Assembly (NCBI RefSeq): GCF_006345805.1
Contig: NC_043020.1
Coordinates: 22,692,001 to 22,756,000, forward strand
Length of the DNA stretch: 64,000 nucleotides
Source of the DNA: Octopus sinensis
Taxonomy: Eukaryota
Direction: 5' to 3'
Part shown: piece after piece, positions 1-11,696 of the stretch
Layout: each line of letters begins with the position of its first letter
Numbering within the stretch: position 1 is the stretch's first letter
Made by a program: the position numbers and the translations under genes
Notes under the pieces: generated by a model
The model's input: only the letters and a program-made list of their open reading frames with translations
What the model was told of the DNA's origin: nothing
Database searches by the model: none

Positions 1-16
1 TTTCTTAAGTAGTACC

Positions 17-431
17 TATTTCTTTACTACCCACAAGGGGCTAAACACAGAGGGGACAAACAAGGACAGACAGACGGATTAAGTCGATTATATCGACCCC
101 AGTGCGTAACTGGTACTTAATTTATCGACCCCAAAAGGATGAAAGGCAAAGTCGACCTCGGCGGAATTTGAACTCAGAACGTAGCGGCAGACGAAATACC
201 TATTTCTTTACTACCCACAAGGGGCTAAACACAGAGAGGACAAACAAGGACAGAAAAACGGATTAAGTCGATTACATCGACCCCAGTGCGTAACTGGTAC
301 TTAATTTATCGACACCGAAAGGATGAAAGGCAAAGTCGACCACGGCGGAATTTGAACTCAGAACGTAGCGTCAGACGAAATACTGCTTTGCATTTCGCCC
401 GGCATGCTAACGTTTCTGCCAGTTCGCCGCC
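17..431 (-). mobile_element. SINE-B tandem array: one tRNA-like head plus two ~184-bp bodies, with a >=16-bp TSD
   Basis: Minus strand reads GGCGGCGAACTGGCAGAAACGTTAGC (A-box-like) ... GAGTTCAAATTCC (B-box-like) ... tail GTAAAGAAATA, then restarts at GGTATTTCGTCTGCCG (185-200). TTTCTTAAGTAGTACC is present at both 1-16 and 433-448. Confidence 0.85.
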
Positions 432-604
432 TTTTCTTAAGTAGTACCAACAGAAGGACACGTGGCGAGAGGTATGTTGATAACCGAGGGAAAGTGTGAC
501 AGATTTGTAGATGGATTTCATAGAAATATGATAATGTTCCGATGGGTTCTGTTGAGTGAGGTGCCAGCTTCTGTGGTTGTGTACGACGTATTGAGAGAAA
601 TAGA

Positions 605-716
605 GGATATTTTTGGTTTGAACGGCAGTTTTTTAAAATAATTTCCACGTAACTAAACACTTTTAAACTTCGTATACTGGTACAATGTGTTTATTAAACA
701 TCTTTTTCTCTTGGCT

Positions 717-763
<47 letters not shown>

Positions 764-1371
764 CATTGTGTACAGTGCTCAGGTGCACTACAACTCATCG
801 AAAGTGTATATATAATCAGGTGTAGTTTCGACGGATTTCGGAAAGCATGAGGGCCTTAAAGGATGCAGTGTCATGGCAGTCAGCAACTGACGCAGGCAGT
901 TTATTCCATGCTTCAGCAACTCTGAGTGTGAAGAAATGTTTCCGAAAGTCATGGGAGCTGTGTTGTTTTCTGACTTTGTAGGCATGTCCACATGTGTTAG
1001 ACACATGGAGATCAAAAAGGTGTTCAGTGTTGTTATTGGTGAGGTGGTTGACAACTTTGTGGGTGTTTACCAAGTCCGTCGCCAGAGAACATTCTGTAGT
1101 TTGTAAGATATTTGTTGTTTTTTTCTTCAATTTCTGTAATTTCAACCAATCACTGACGTCTATTGGGGTAAAAAAAATAATTTTGTGCCGTATGAATATG
1201 TCCCTCGTTTAAGAAACAGATTGGGTTTATTTACATTTGTGAAGAAAAAAGATACCCTTCCCCCACCCCTAAAACAGATTGAAATGCAATAGATCGATAC
1301 TAGGGTCATAATTATGGGTGACAATTTCATATGACACCGCTAGAAAAAACTCGTTCAAACTGAAAAGATCC
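605..1371. mobile_element. hAT-type MITE (GGATCTTTTC-family) interrupted by a CR1-like LINE fragment
   Basis: Degenerate termini (GGATATTTTTGGTTTGAACGGCAG / GTTCAAACTGAAAAGATCC) and internal sequence match the intact copies at 4893, 11284 and 19634. Confidence 0.75.
716..1087 (-). mobile_element. CR1-group LINE 3' fragment with (TAA)n tail
   Basis: Translation NTCGHAYKVRKQHSSHDFRKHFFTLRVAEAWNKLP is a CR1-type C-terminus. A near-identical peptide occurs at 17350-17652. Confidence 0.8.
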
Positions 1372-1489
1372 AAGAAATGTTAAGTCTGCCCACCCAGGGG
1401 CCTGTGTATTGAGTCCCAAAGATTGTTTTTGTGGTCTTGGATAGCAGGAACATGTCTGGTCACAGTGATGTTATCATATTGATCAACAT

Positions 1490-1826
1490 CAATGGAAATT
1501 GTACTTGTGATACCAGTGCCGGTGGCACGTAAGAGAACCATCCAAACGTGGCCGTTGCCAGCGCCGCCCCGACTGGCCTCCGTGACAGTGGCACGTGAAA
1601 AGCATCAACTGACCGTGGCCGTTGCCAGCCTCCCCTGGCCCCTGTGCCAGTGGCACGTAAAAAGCACCCACTACACTCAGGGAGTGGTTGGCGTTAGGAA
1701 GGGCATCCAGCTGTAGAAACACTGCCAGATCAGACTGGGCCTGGAGCAACCTTCTGACTTCCCAGACCCCAGTTGAACCATCCAACCCATGCTAGCATGG
1801 AAAGTGGACGTTAAATGATGATGATG
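1490..1826 (+). mobile_element. SINE-C-like repeat (AGGAAGGGCATCC core, (GAT)n tail)
   Basis: Recurs at about 2905-3235, 3365-3630, 16945-17085, 21165-21470, 51880-52150, 60705-60840/61422-61700 and 63090-63390. Confidence 0.7.
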
Positions 1827-3023
1827 ACAGCTTGAAATTCCAAGAACATCGTAACACATGAGAATTCTATGCAACTTTGCCCGTGTATTAATCTGAAATT
1901 TCGCCCGTTTTAAAAACATGGTTATCTCCCTTGTATTGATAACCAGACAGTCTTATTTTCTCAAGAGATAATTCGAAGTATTTCTACATATTTTTGTAGT
2001 TTCTGCATTGGTGCACACTCAACTTGCTGAGCTGGAAACTGTCTCCAATGATTCGAGTCTCTAAGTCCTACAGAAGCTTGAGAGGCGGTTGGATGGAACC
2101 TACACTCGCCTCCTTATGAGAGCTCAAAATCTCTCGTGGAAGCGTCATCCAACCAAAATGCAAATATATGGGAAACTACCACCTGTGTCATCTCTTGTGA
2201 AAGGTAGGAGAGTCCAGTTTGCTGGACATTGTTGTAGAGCTGAAAAAGAAGTAATTTCTGCTCTTCTCCTCTGGAAGCCATCTGCTCGCAATACCAGAGG
2301 GTGCACACTCTCCTACCCTGATGTAATCTCCAGGGATACAGGCATCCAGTAACAGGACCTCCGTAATGCTATGATGGACCGTGAAGTCTGGCGTAAACTC
2401 CATTGTCTCGACCACGGTCGAACAATGATGATGATGAAGTCCTACAGAGTGAAAGCGAAGACACAGAGTCGACTATAAAATATAACAATGTGCAGCATCT
2501 AACAGAAATGCATGTGCAGAATTAATTCTTGATGCTGTGAAAGTCGATTTAATCACTGCTCGATGTAGCAGGTATGGCTGTGCAATTAAGATGCTTGCTT
2601 CCCAACCACATAGTGTCAGGTTCAATCCCATTACAGGATACCTTGGGCAAGTGCAGCCTTGGGCTGAACAAAGCCACGTGAGTGGATTTGGTAGACTGTA
2701 ACTGGAAGAAACCCATACATATATACATGTATATAAAGATACAGGTGCAACAATGGAAAAGTGGATGCTAAAATGATGCTTACCCAGTATTGAGTCCTTA
2801 TTCCATGCAGTCACATAAAACAAAATCCAACACAGAAATAGTACAAATAGATTTTAATTGGGATAATTTACATTTCACATTAAATTGAATTCATAAATTA
2901 ACAATCATCATCATCAACGTCCCCTTTCCATGCTGGTATGGGTTGGACAGTTTGACTGGGCTGGCATGCTGGAAGGCTGCGCCAGGCTCTAGTCTAATTC
3001 GGCGTGGTTTTCTATGGCTGCAT
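1827..3023 (+). repeat. Segmental duplicate, inverted partner at 31799-33164
   Basis: By-eye alignment shows only scattered substitutions. The ORF track gives identical or 1-aa-different peptides at both loci (e.g. 2089..2352 vs 32636..32899). Confidence 0.9.
2075..2436 (+). mobile_element. RTE-clade LINE 3' fragment, 12-bp TSD
   Basis: Peptide LDGTYTRLLMRAQNLSWKRHPTK...RVQFAGHC, (GAT)n tail, and AAGTCCTACAGA at 2063-2074 and 2437-2448. Confidence 0.85.
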
Positions 3024-3364
3024 GCCCTTAATGCCAACCTCTCCAAGAGTGTAGTGGGTGCTATTAGCATGGCACCGACTGCACTTACATGGGTGCCAAT
3101 TTGTGTGACACCGGTCTCTGCCAAGACTGTGATTTTGTTTGGCTTGACATAATGCCAAAGGTCTTGGTCATTGCTTCCGTGAGGCCCAACATCCGAAAGG
3201 AACTTAACCAGTTAGCCTCCATGTGGCCCTAGCACTCACATTTTATAAGGTGCGGGAATTCTTTAAATATTCGTTTCACATTTTGGCACAAAACCAGCAA
3301 TTTCGGAAGAGGGAATAAATCGATTACATCAACCCCAGGGCTCAGCTGATATTTATTCTCAACT

Positions 3365-3630
3365 GGCCCCTGTGCCGGTGGCACGTAAAAAGCACCATCT
3401 GATTGTGGCCGTTTGCCAGCCTCGTCTGGCATCTGTGCAGGTGGCATGTAAAAAGCACCCACTACACTCACGGAGTGGTTGGCATTAGGAAGGGCATCCA
3501 GCTGTAGAAACACTGCCAGATCAGACTGGGCCTGGCGCAGCCTACTGGCTCCCCAGACCCCAGTTGAACCGTCCAACCCATGCTAGCATGGAAAATGGCC
3601 GTTAAACGACGACGATGATGATGATGATGA
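3365..3630 (+). mobile_element. SINE-C copy
   Basis: GGCACGTAAAAAGCACC repeats, AGGAAGGGCATCC core and GAT tail. Confidence 0.7.
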
Positions 3631-4355
3631 AGGCAAAGCAAACCTTGGTGGAATAATTGATTCGTTAAATATTAGAAACCAATTTTCCCAAAGAAAAACG
3701 AATCCATACAAATCAAACTCATGAAATAAACAAAGGTTATGTTTTAAAAGAAGGCAGAGCATGTCAGAGAAATGAAAGAAAGAATAAAGAAAAGCACAGC
3801 ATCCAACAAAGAAGAAGAGGGTGGATATATGGAAAATAAAGGAAGAGTCTGCTGGTGTCATCCATTTCTCATTCATTAAACCATTAGCAAAATTGATCCT
3901 TTTAGATTCTGTTTTACATTCAAGCTTGTTTGCACATAATTCATTTTGAATAATTCTTTTGCATTCACTACAATATACAGATGTGTTTCATTTGAATATG
4001 AGACATTTTGGTACTTCTGTTTTGATGTCACTGCTTCCATACTGGCAAAGGTTTTATAGAAGCAACTGTGAGTCTTCCACACACACAAAGAGAAAAAAAA
4101 CTTGCTCAGGCCTATACCCACAGATGCAGGTAAATGATCAATTTTGAGCACTGGCAAACCCTGTCTACCCACCCAGAAAGGAAAATAATTTGTAATAAAT
4201 AAACATACAGAATGATAATTAGGGTGACTCCTAATTAGTGACCATAGAGTCTGGTGGGGAAAAAAAATTGATGGAAAAATAATTTAGTTTCTATTTTTAA
4301 TATACGCTGGTAGTGTATATTAAAATTGTTGCGTTTGAAAGGCTCATAGTCACAA

Positions 4356-4757
4356 AGGCGCAGGAGTGGGTGTGTGGTAAGTAGCTTGCTTACCAACCAC
4401 ATGGTTCTGGGTTCAGTCCCACTGTGTGGCACCTTGGGCAAGTGTCTTCTACTATAACCTCGAGCAGATCAAAGCCTTGTGAGTGGATTTGGTAGATGGA
4501 AACTGAAAGAAACCCGTTGTGCATATGTATATATATGTATGAGTGTGTGTGTATTTGTGTGTCTGTGTTTGTCTCCCCAACATCGCTTGACAACCGATGC
4601 TGGTATGTTTACATCCCTGTAACTTAGCAGTTCGGCAAAAGAGACCGATAGAATAAGGACTAGGCTTCCAAAGAATAAGTCCTGGGGTTGATTTGCTCGA
4701 CTAAAGGCAGTGCTCCAGCATGGCCACAGCCAAATAACTGAAACAAGTAAAAGAGTA
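4356..4757 (+). mobile_element. SINE-A (tRNA-derived, ~400 bp, internal TA/TG tract)
   Basis: GGCGCAGGAGTGG..GTGGTAAG head, GGTTCAGTCCC B-box-like motif, end GAAACAAGTAAAAGAGTA. More than 10 copies in the window. Confidence 0.85.
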
Positions 4758-4892
4758 AACTAGGAATGCACGAAATGAAGTCTGCATTCCCAAAGCAGAA
4801 TATGTGGAAAGCAGCTGATTATTGATTGGTTAGAAATAGTCATGTGATGTGCAGAATCAATCAAGCTGTGATGAACCAGATGCACGTTTAGA

Positions 4893-5295
4893 AGATCTTT
4901 TCCTTTTGAACGGCACTTCGTATGAAATTGTCACCCATAATTATAACCCTAGTATCGAACTATTGCATTTCTATCTATTTTAGATTTAGGGTTAAGGGTT
5001 GGGGAAGGGTATCTTTTTTTCTTCACAAATGTAAATAAACCCAATCTGTTTCTTAAAAGAGGGACATATTCATTATGCAGAGAATGTTATTTACCTAAAT
5101 GGATGTCACCGATTGGTTAAAATTGCCGAAATGCTCGAAATTAAAGACGAAATATGTTACAACATATAGAATTTTCTCAATAAAGCCAAGAAAAAAATGA
5201 TGTTTTATAAACACATTGTACCAGTATACAAAGTTTAAAAGTGTTTAGTTACCTAGAAATTATGTTAAAAACTGCCGTTCAAAAGGAAAAGATCC
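4893..5295. mobile_element. hAT-type MITE, 8-bp TSD
   Basis: ~24-bp TIRs, and CGTTTAGA at 4885-4892 and 5296-5303. Confidence 0.85.
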
Positions 5296-5389
5296 CGTTT
5301 AGATTTAAACAACTGGAAGTTAGTTGTAGAAAACTGTGACATAAAATAATTCTATATTTATTTCAGGGAATTATTTTTGAGTGATATGG

Positions 5390-5938
5390 TTACTGCTTTT
5401 TATGAATACGTAAGTGTCTAATTAAGTGACCATCTTGAGAAAACGATTTACCACAGGTATCACAATGGTATGGCCGCTCACCTGTATGGGTGCGTTTATG
5501 GTTATTTAAATGGTCATTTCTAGAGAATAATTTCCCACAGGTAACACAGCAATATGGCTTTTCTCCTGTATGAATACGTTTGTGTTTAGCTAAATGAACA
5601 TTTTGAGAGAAAGATTTACCACAGGTAACACACTGATATGGTTTCTCACCTGTGTGAGTGCGTTTGTGACGAATTAAGTGGCAATCAAGATTAAAACATT
5701 TACCACAGACATCACAACTAAATGGCCTCTCTTCTGTATGAATAAGTTTGTGGGTGATTAAATTACTTTTGGAGAATGATTTACCACAAATATCACAACG
5801 ATATGGTCTGTCACCTGTATGAGTACGTTTGTGTTTAATTACAGCACTGCTTCGAGAGAATGTCTTGCCACAGATGTCACAATAGAATGGCATCTCTCCT
5901 GTTTGAATACGTTTAGGAGTAGTTAAAGGATTAGGCAA
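5390..5938 (-). CDS. C2H2 zinc-finger protein (ZNF-1): 6 fingers, 5' part decayed
   Basis: Six CX2C-X11/12-HX3H repeats with TGEKPY-type linkers. The ORF track starts at a TTG; the first in-frame ATG is 5891-5893. The preceding finger has lost both His residues (LTTPKRIQ). Confidence 0.8.
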   Translation of the reverse strand: MPNPLTTPKRIQTGEMPFYCDICGKTFSRSSAVIKHKRTHTGDRPYRCDICGKSFSKSNLITHKLIHTEERPFSCDVCGKCFNLDCHLIRHKRTHTGEKPYQCVTCGKSFSQNVHLAKHKRIHTGEKPYCCVTCGKLFSRNDHLNNHKRTHTGERPYHCDTCGKSFSQDGHLIRHLRIHKKQ

Positions 5939-6006
5939 TAAAAATGATTCTCCACAGACTTCACACTTGTATGGCCTCTGTCTTGTATGACTGTGTTTAT
6001 GAATAA

Positions 6007-6200
6007 TCTCTTATATAAAATCTGTTCTGTCTATCTGTGTGTGTGTGTCTTCTAGGATCTCGGGCATCCTCCATCCGATTGCACTCAAATTTACTATGTA
6101 GATACCAACAGTATCAGGGCATGTATAAGTCAGAAAAAAATTACAAAAATCGATTCCAGGTGAGAAAGCGATCGATAAAGCAGTGGGAAATCATTTTTCT
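6007..6200 (+). mobile_element. Helitron-like non-autonomous element, 5' portion, inside the ZNF-1 exon
   Basis: A|TCTCTTATATAAAA start followed by a (TG)n tract. The same architecture occurs at 31617 and in the copies at 20750 and 43507. Confidence 0.5.
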
Positions 6201-6369
6201 TTGGAATTGGAAAAAAAGTCTATTGTTATTTCTTCTTTTGCTGGTGTCTCAAATTTAGGTTAAATCAGTGTTTCTCAAAGGGGAGGCCTATGGGACAGTC
6301 GGACAAATTGTTTTGAGAAAATTTGGTTTAAATGTTTGACAACTCAGCACCGTCCATTGCATGGGGGGC

Positions 6370-6840
6370 GTTTTGCTTGTAAAGTAATCATTTCAAGAGA
6401 ATAATTTACCATAGACATCACAGTGATATGACTTGTAGAGATTATATGACTGTTTGTGTCTAGTTAAGTGAGTCATTTGAGATAAGGTTTTACTACAAAT
6501 TTCACAAGAATTTGACCTTTTACCTTTCTCAGCAGAAAAATCAATAATTTTACTTAGTGTTTTATAATTAGGGTTGTTTTCTATATTTCAATGATCACCA
6601 GAATAGGCATAGGTTTCTTTCTTCTTTTCCTTTTGGAATTATATTTCTGCAAATAATCATTCTCCAATGCTTCAAACAAAACTGTGATCTTTGTCAATAC
6701 CTGATGAGGTTGCAAACTAACTGATGAATTCCTCCAAGTTTACATCTATTTCAACATCTTCCTTTAGTCTTTGAAAAATGAGCAATATTGATGATGTATC
6801 CGAGATACAGATGTATTTTATGCCAATGTCACCGTATATT
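6370..6840 (-). pseudogene. Degenerate N-terminal region and fingers of ZNF-1
   Basis: Aligns with 22345-22960 and 29980-30620 (TCTTATTTCAG acceptor, SSGID, NYKT..K.IDFS). It contains stops, the MENK ATG is changed to ATA, and broken fingers (CEICSKTLSQMTHLTRHKQSY; CDVYGKLFS*) are present. Confidence 0.7.
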
Positions 6841-8478
6841 CTGAAATAAGACAGGAATACAAAGATATAGTTAAAAAAATCTGAAGTTCAGTCATGAATA
6901 TTTTACTAAGTTCCTATATACATGCTTTCCGTACGTATACGGAAAGCGTGTGTATAAAATTATACTCTTTACTCTTTTTTACTCTTTTACTTGTTTCAGT
7001 CACCACCTTTAATCGTAAATAATAATTTAATGCAAATCAAATATACCCCATTTTATAAAAAAACAAACATTAATATTTAATAACTAATGTTATAAAGGGA
7101 TCTTTTCCTTTTGAACGGCAGACAACTTCTAGTTAACTAAACACTTTAAAACTTCGTATACTGGTAGAATGTGTCAAAATAAATCATTTTTTTCTCTTGG
7201 TTTTCTTGAGAAAATTGTAATTTGCTTGTTTAACGTAGTTTAATTTTTCGAATTTTAACCAATCCTATGCTCTCTTTTGAGCTAAAATCATTTGCTGCGT
7301 CTAAAACTGAGACAACATCCTGTCACTAAACCCTAATTTTTTTTTTCTTAATTGTTAAATTAATTTAATTGTAAAAAAAACCCGAAAGCAATGGAAAATA
7401 ATTTAAACAATTAACAAACAAAATGTCTGTGTTTGTCCCCCTAGCATTGCTTGACAACCGATGCTGGTGTGTTTATGTCCCCGTTACCTAGCGGTTCGGC
7501 AAAAGAGACCGATAGAATAAGTACTGGGCTTACAAAAGAATAAGTCCCGGGGTCGAGTTGCTCGATTAAATTTACGATTATAATCACAAGTAACACTCAA
7601 ATTCTTTTCACTTCAATGTTTTTGTCTATTTAATTTCGTTTTGCACATGTTCGTCAATTCGCTACGATCTTTTTAAAGTAAACAAAACCAAAAATTTAGA
7701 TGGGATGGGTTTAAAATTTCTGGTTAATGTTTACATCTTGACCCGGAAATGAAAATCGAAATAAAAAAAATGCTGGAATGGGTGTAAAACAATGTCTAGG
7801 AAACGAATATGAAAAACAAACAAAATGCGCGCAAAGCAACTTCGGAAAATTCACAAAATCCGAGTTTCCCCCTCATAACTTTTAGCAAAAATGGGGGTTT
7901 CTTTCAATGGAATTTTATATAAATATCTTTCAAAAGGCATACATTGTGACTATAAAGTAATTTGTGCGGAAAATCTTGAAGTGGGGAGAGGACTTTGGGA
8001 AAATTCCCAAGATCCGAATTTCTATCCACTTTCAATGATTTTTTATGTTTTGGCTTCAATTTTATTTCATTTTCAATTATTTTTACGCTTTTTAAACCCT
8101 TCATCGTTAATCTCGTTCACTTCTTTTTTTAGCATATTTGTAATCACCGACATCTAAATCCGAAAATTTTTTTTTTCAAAAAAATGCATTTTTCAATAAC
8201 TGCATTACCCCCGAAAAATAATTCGAAAAAAAAAGTTAAAATTTAAAAGTTTGGGGTTAACAATTTTGAAAACATGGTTTTTGGCAGATTCAGAATCTCC
8301 GTCATCGAAAACATAGGAATCCTCTGAAAAAATTTCAAAAAAAAAAGAAAAGAAAAAAAGGGTCGATTTTTTCGTGCCGGTATACTTGTAAACATTAACC
8401 AAAAGTCCTCTCCCAAACCCGATGATTCCACCCCACCCCACGTTTTCCGGGTACAAAAGTAATTAAAACAAAGTAAAT

Positions 8479-8857
8479 AGGCGCAGGAGTGGCTGTGTGG
8501 TAAGTAGCTTGCTTACGAACCACATGGTTCCGGGTTCAGTCCCACTGGGTGGCACCTTGGGTAAGTGTCTTCTATTATAGCCTCGGGCCGACCAAAGCCT
8601 TGTGAGTGGATTTGGTAGATGGAAACTGAAAGAAGCCCGTCGTATATATGTATGTATATATATATATGTATGTGCGTGTCTGTGTTTGTCCCCCCCAACA
8701 TCGCTTGACAACCGATGCTGGTGTGTTTACGTCCCCGTAACTTGGCATTTCGGCATGAAAAACTGATAGAATAAGTACTAGGCTTACAAAGAATAAGTCC
8801 TGGGGTCGATTTGCTCCAGCATGGCCGCAGTCAAATGACTGAAACAAGTAAAAGAGT
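8479..8857 (+). mobile_element. SINE-A
   Basis: Full-length match to the 4356 copy. Confidence 0.85.
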
Positions 8858-9075
8858 AACACACAAAAACACAAAGTAAGGATCGACTACTCATGACAAG
8901 CAATGATTCCGGGATGGGAGATCCGATTTTCCGCCACGTTTTTTTCCGAACAAAAATAAGGGGTTTGCGGAGCATTAGGAGGTCAGGGTACTTGATTCCA
9001 TGCAAAAACCCTCCCCGTTTCTTCTTAGTGAAACGCATACACGTGTACCTCCCCAAATCTCAGCCCTGAACTTAC

Positions 9076-9185
9076 CTTTTCACAGTAAACCAGAGTCTTG
9101 CAACTTTTCACCAAACAAACAACGAAACTGATTTCTTTGGAGCTCCCCAACATCTTTCGCCGTACATTCGTATCTCGCCGCAATT
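9076..9185 (-). promoter_or_regulatory. Putative non-coding first exon / promoter of ZNF-1
   Basis: CGAGATACGAATGTACGGC (9159-9177, minus) matches the motifs upstream of ZNF-3 and ZNF-4. A donor AAG|GTAAGT lies at 9076/9075. Confidence 0.5.
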
Positions 9186-9464
9186 TATGCTTTTAGCCAA
9201 TTTCGATATATATGTCTGAGCATATTTAAAATAGAATGATAATTCATTGCTTATTTATTTAGTAAAAATTTGTGTATATCTTATTTCGCCGAGTCTAACA
9301 TATAACCGGCGGTCTACGTGGATTAAAAAAAGAAATTTCGAAATAAAAAAAATGAAAAATTAGGGAGCGGAGAAGGAAATAAAAAATTTGAAAACGTGCT
9401 GTCTTGGCAACATCGTAATCTCCTATATCAAAAACAGGAATCCCAAGAAATTTTAGAATAAATA

Positions 9465-9612
9465 AATAGATAGATAGATAGATAGATGGATAGATAGGTA
9501 GAAAGAAAGATAGATAGATAGACAGGTAGATAGATAGATGGATGGATAGATAGATGGATACATAGATAGATAGATAGATTGATAAATAGATAGATAGATA
9601 GATAGATTGATA
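9465..9612. repeat. (GATA)n microsatellite
   Basis: Directly visible tetranucleotide array. Confidence 0.95.
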
Positions 9613-10064
9613 AATAAACGGAAATGGGTGGAAGTGCTTATGCTTCACCACCACCCAGAAATATATTCCAAAAAATGAAAGATCGCACACAACGTGAATC
9701 TAAAACTATGAGCGCCTACTAATAATTTTAGCGAAAATAACAGCTTCAAAATTAGGCACAGGGCCAGCAGTTTTTTAGGGGAAGACAAGTCGATTACATC
9801 GACTGTAGTGATTCACTGGGTGCAGCTATGTTCTGAGTTCAAATTCCACCGAGTTCGACTTTGCCTTTCATCCTTTCGGGGTCGATTAAATAAATGGGGT
9901 CCGTATAATCGACTTAACCCGTTTGCCTGTCCTTGTTTGTCCTCTCTGTGTTTAGCCCCTTATGGGTAGTAAAGAAATAGGTATTTATTTCAGACTCCGA
10001 AAGGATGAAAAGCGAAGTCGACTTCAGTGGTATTACAACTGTGAGCTTAAAGAGAACAAATACC

Positions 10065-10274
10065 TATTTCTTTACTACCCACAAGGGGCTAAACACAGAG
10101 AGGACAAACAAGGACAGACAATCGGATTAAGCCGATTATATTTACTCCAGTGTGTAACTGGTACTTATTTAATCGACCCCGAAAGGATGAAAGGCAAAGT
10201 CATCCTCGGCAGAATTTGAACTCAGAACGTAACGGCAGACAAAATACGGCCAACGTTTCTACCAGCTCGCCGCC
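10065..10274 (-). mobile_element. SINE-B inserted into the head of an older SINE-B, 17-bp TSD
   Basis: TAAAGAGAACAAATACC at 10048-10064 and 10275-10291. The flank 10292-10338 is a decayed SINE-B head. Confidence 0.8.
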
Positions 10275-11283
10275 TAAAGAGAACAAATACCACTAAGCAT
10301 TTTGTTTGGTGTATTATCTATTCTGCCAACATGCTGCCTTAATTTTAACGAAAGATAACGTGAGGTTATCCTGTACTGAAAAGATGTCATTTTGTTCGTT
10401 AGTTATTTCCCCCCCTACTTTTCAGGAGGAATTCGAATTACCAAAGCACCGCCGCCAAGCCACTGGCGCCTTCGACTTTAATTAGCGCCTAACTGTTAAT
10501 CTGTTATAAAACCATATTATCATATAATACTTCTTTGTGTAATCCCGTATTTACAGGCCATATTCTGTCCAGATATAAATAACTAAACATCGTCATCCAC
10601 CAGTCTTCCCACTGGCTTTCCATATCTCGACATAGAGTGATTTCCCTTCTAAGCCACAGCACCTGATCGATAACCTAATCGATAACCTCAATCTATTGAC
10701 CTATAAACTCAATTGATGGTGAATACCCAACAAAGAATTATATTATGGTTAGTAATATAGCTGAAATACTTATATTTTCTAATGTCCTGATTTAACATAA
10801 CGTTTTCTATTAACGATTTATTTAATATGTATTGAAGACGGAATCACCTTCCTTCCGTAACATTTTTAATTTTATATTCTAACTAAAAATTTCTCCGGAA
10901 TCCTGTGTTTTAAACAACACCAGGAAATATAATATTGAAAACAAAATTTTTTAAAAATTTCAATTGCACTTTGTTTTTCGTTTTACAATTTTTGTTATCC
11001 CCAATTCAAAAATATAAAAACTGATCGTGAGTTTAAATATTCCCTCACTTTTACGAACGGAAAAAACAAAAATCATATATTTCTTTATTGCCCACAGGGG
11101 CTAAACATAAAAGGGACAAACAAGGACAGACAAAGGGATTATATCGACTCCAGTGCACCTATGTAGGTGTATGTGTTTGTTTCTTGTCTTGGCATCATGC
11201 TAGTTGCAAATGAGCAGTACCAGTGGTGTTGTTCGTTTTCATTCTTCCATGAAAACATATCAGGCTATAAGACAATATTATCT

Positions 11284-11696
11284 GGATCTTTTCGGTTTGA
11301 ACGGCAGTTTTTTCTAGCGGTGTCATATGAAATTGTCACCCATAATTATGACCTTAGTATCGATCTATTGCATTTCAATCTGTTTTAGGGTTAGGGGTGG
11401 GGGGAAGGGTATATTTTTTTCTTCACAATTGTAAATAAACCCAATCTGTTTTTTAAACGAGGGACATATTCATACTGCACAGAATGTTTTTTACCACAAT
11501 AGATGTCAGTGATTGGTTGAAATTGCAGAAATTGAAGAAAAAAAAACAACAAATATCTTACAAACCATAGAATTTTCTCAATAAAGCCAAGAGAAAAAAG
11601 ATGTTTTATAAACACATTCTACCAGTATACGAAGTTTAAAAGTGTTTAGTTACCTAGAAATTATGTTAAAAACTGCCGTTCAAACCGAAAAGATCC
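11284..11696. mobile_element. hAT-type MITE, 8-bp TSD
   Basis: TIR GGATCTTTTCGGTTTGAACGGCAG, and TATTATCT at 11276-11283 and 11697-11704. Confidence 0.9.

Noticed and set aside
17-431. Regularly spaced repeats suggestive of a CRISPR array
   Set aside because: Units are ~184-bp contiguous SINE bodies with no unique spacers, the context is eukaryotic and there are no cas genes.
6268-6335. CAGTGTTTCTCAAA possible mini-hAT inside the ZNF-1 region
   Set aside because: The second TIR and TSD are too degenerate to support a call.
7560-8460. AT-rich blocks with GGAATCC..AAAATTTC motifs (also about 9330-9460 and 10890-10960) resembling DNA-transposon interiors
   Set aside because: No termini, TSD or coding motif could be defined by eye, so left unannotated.
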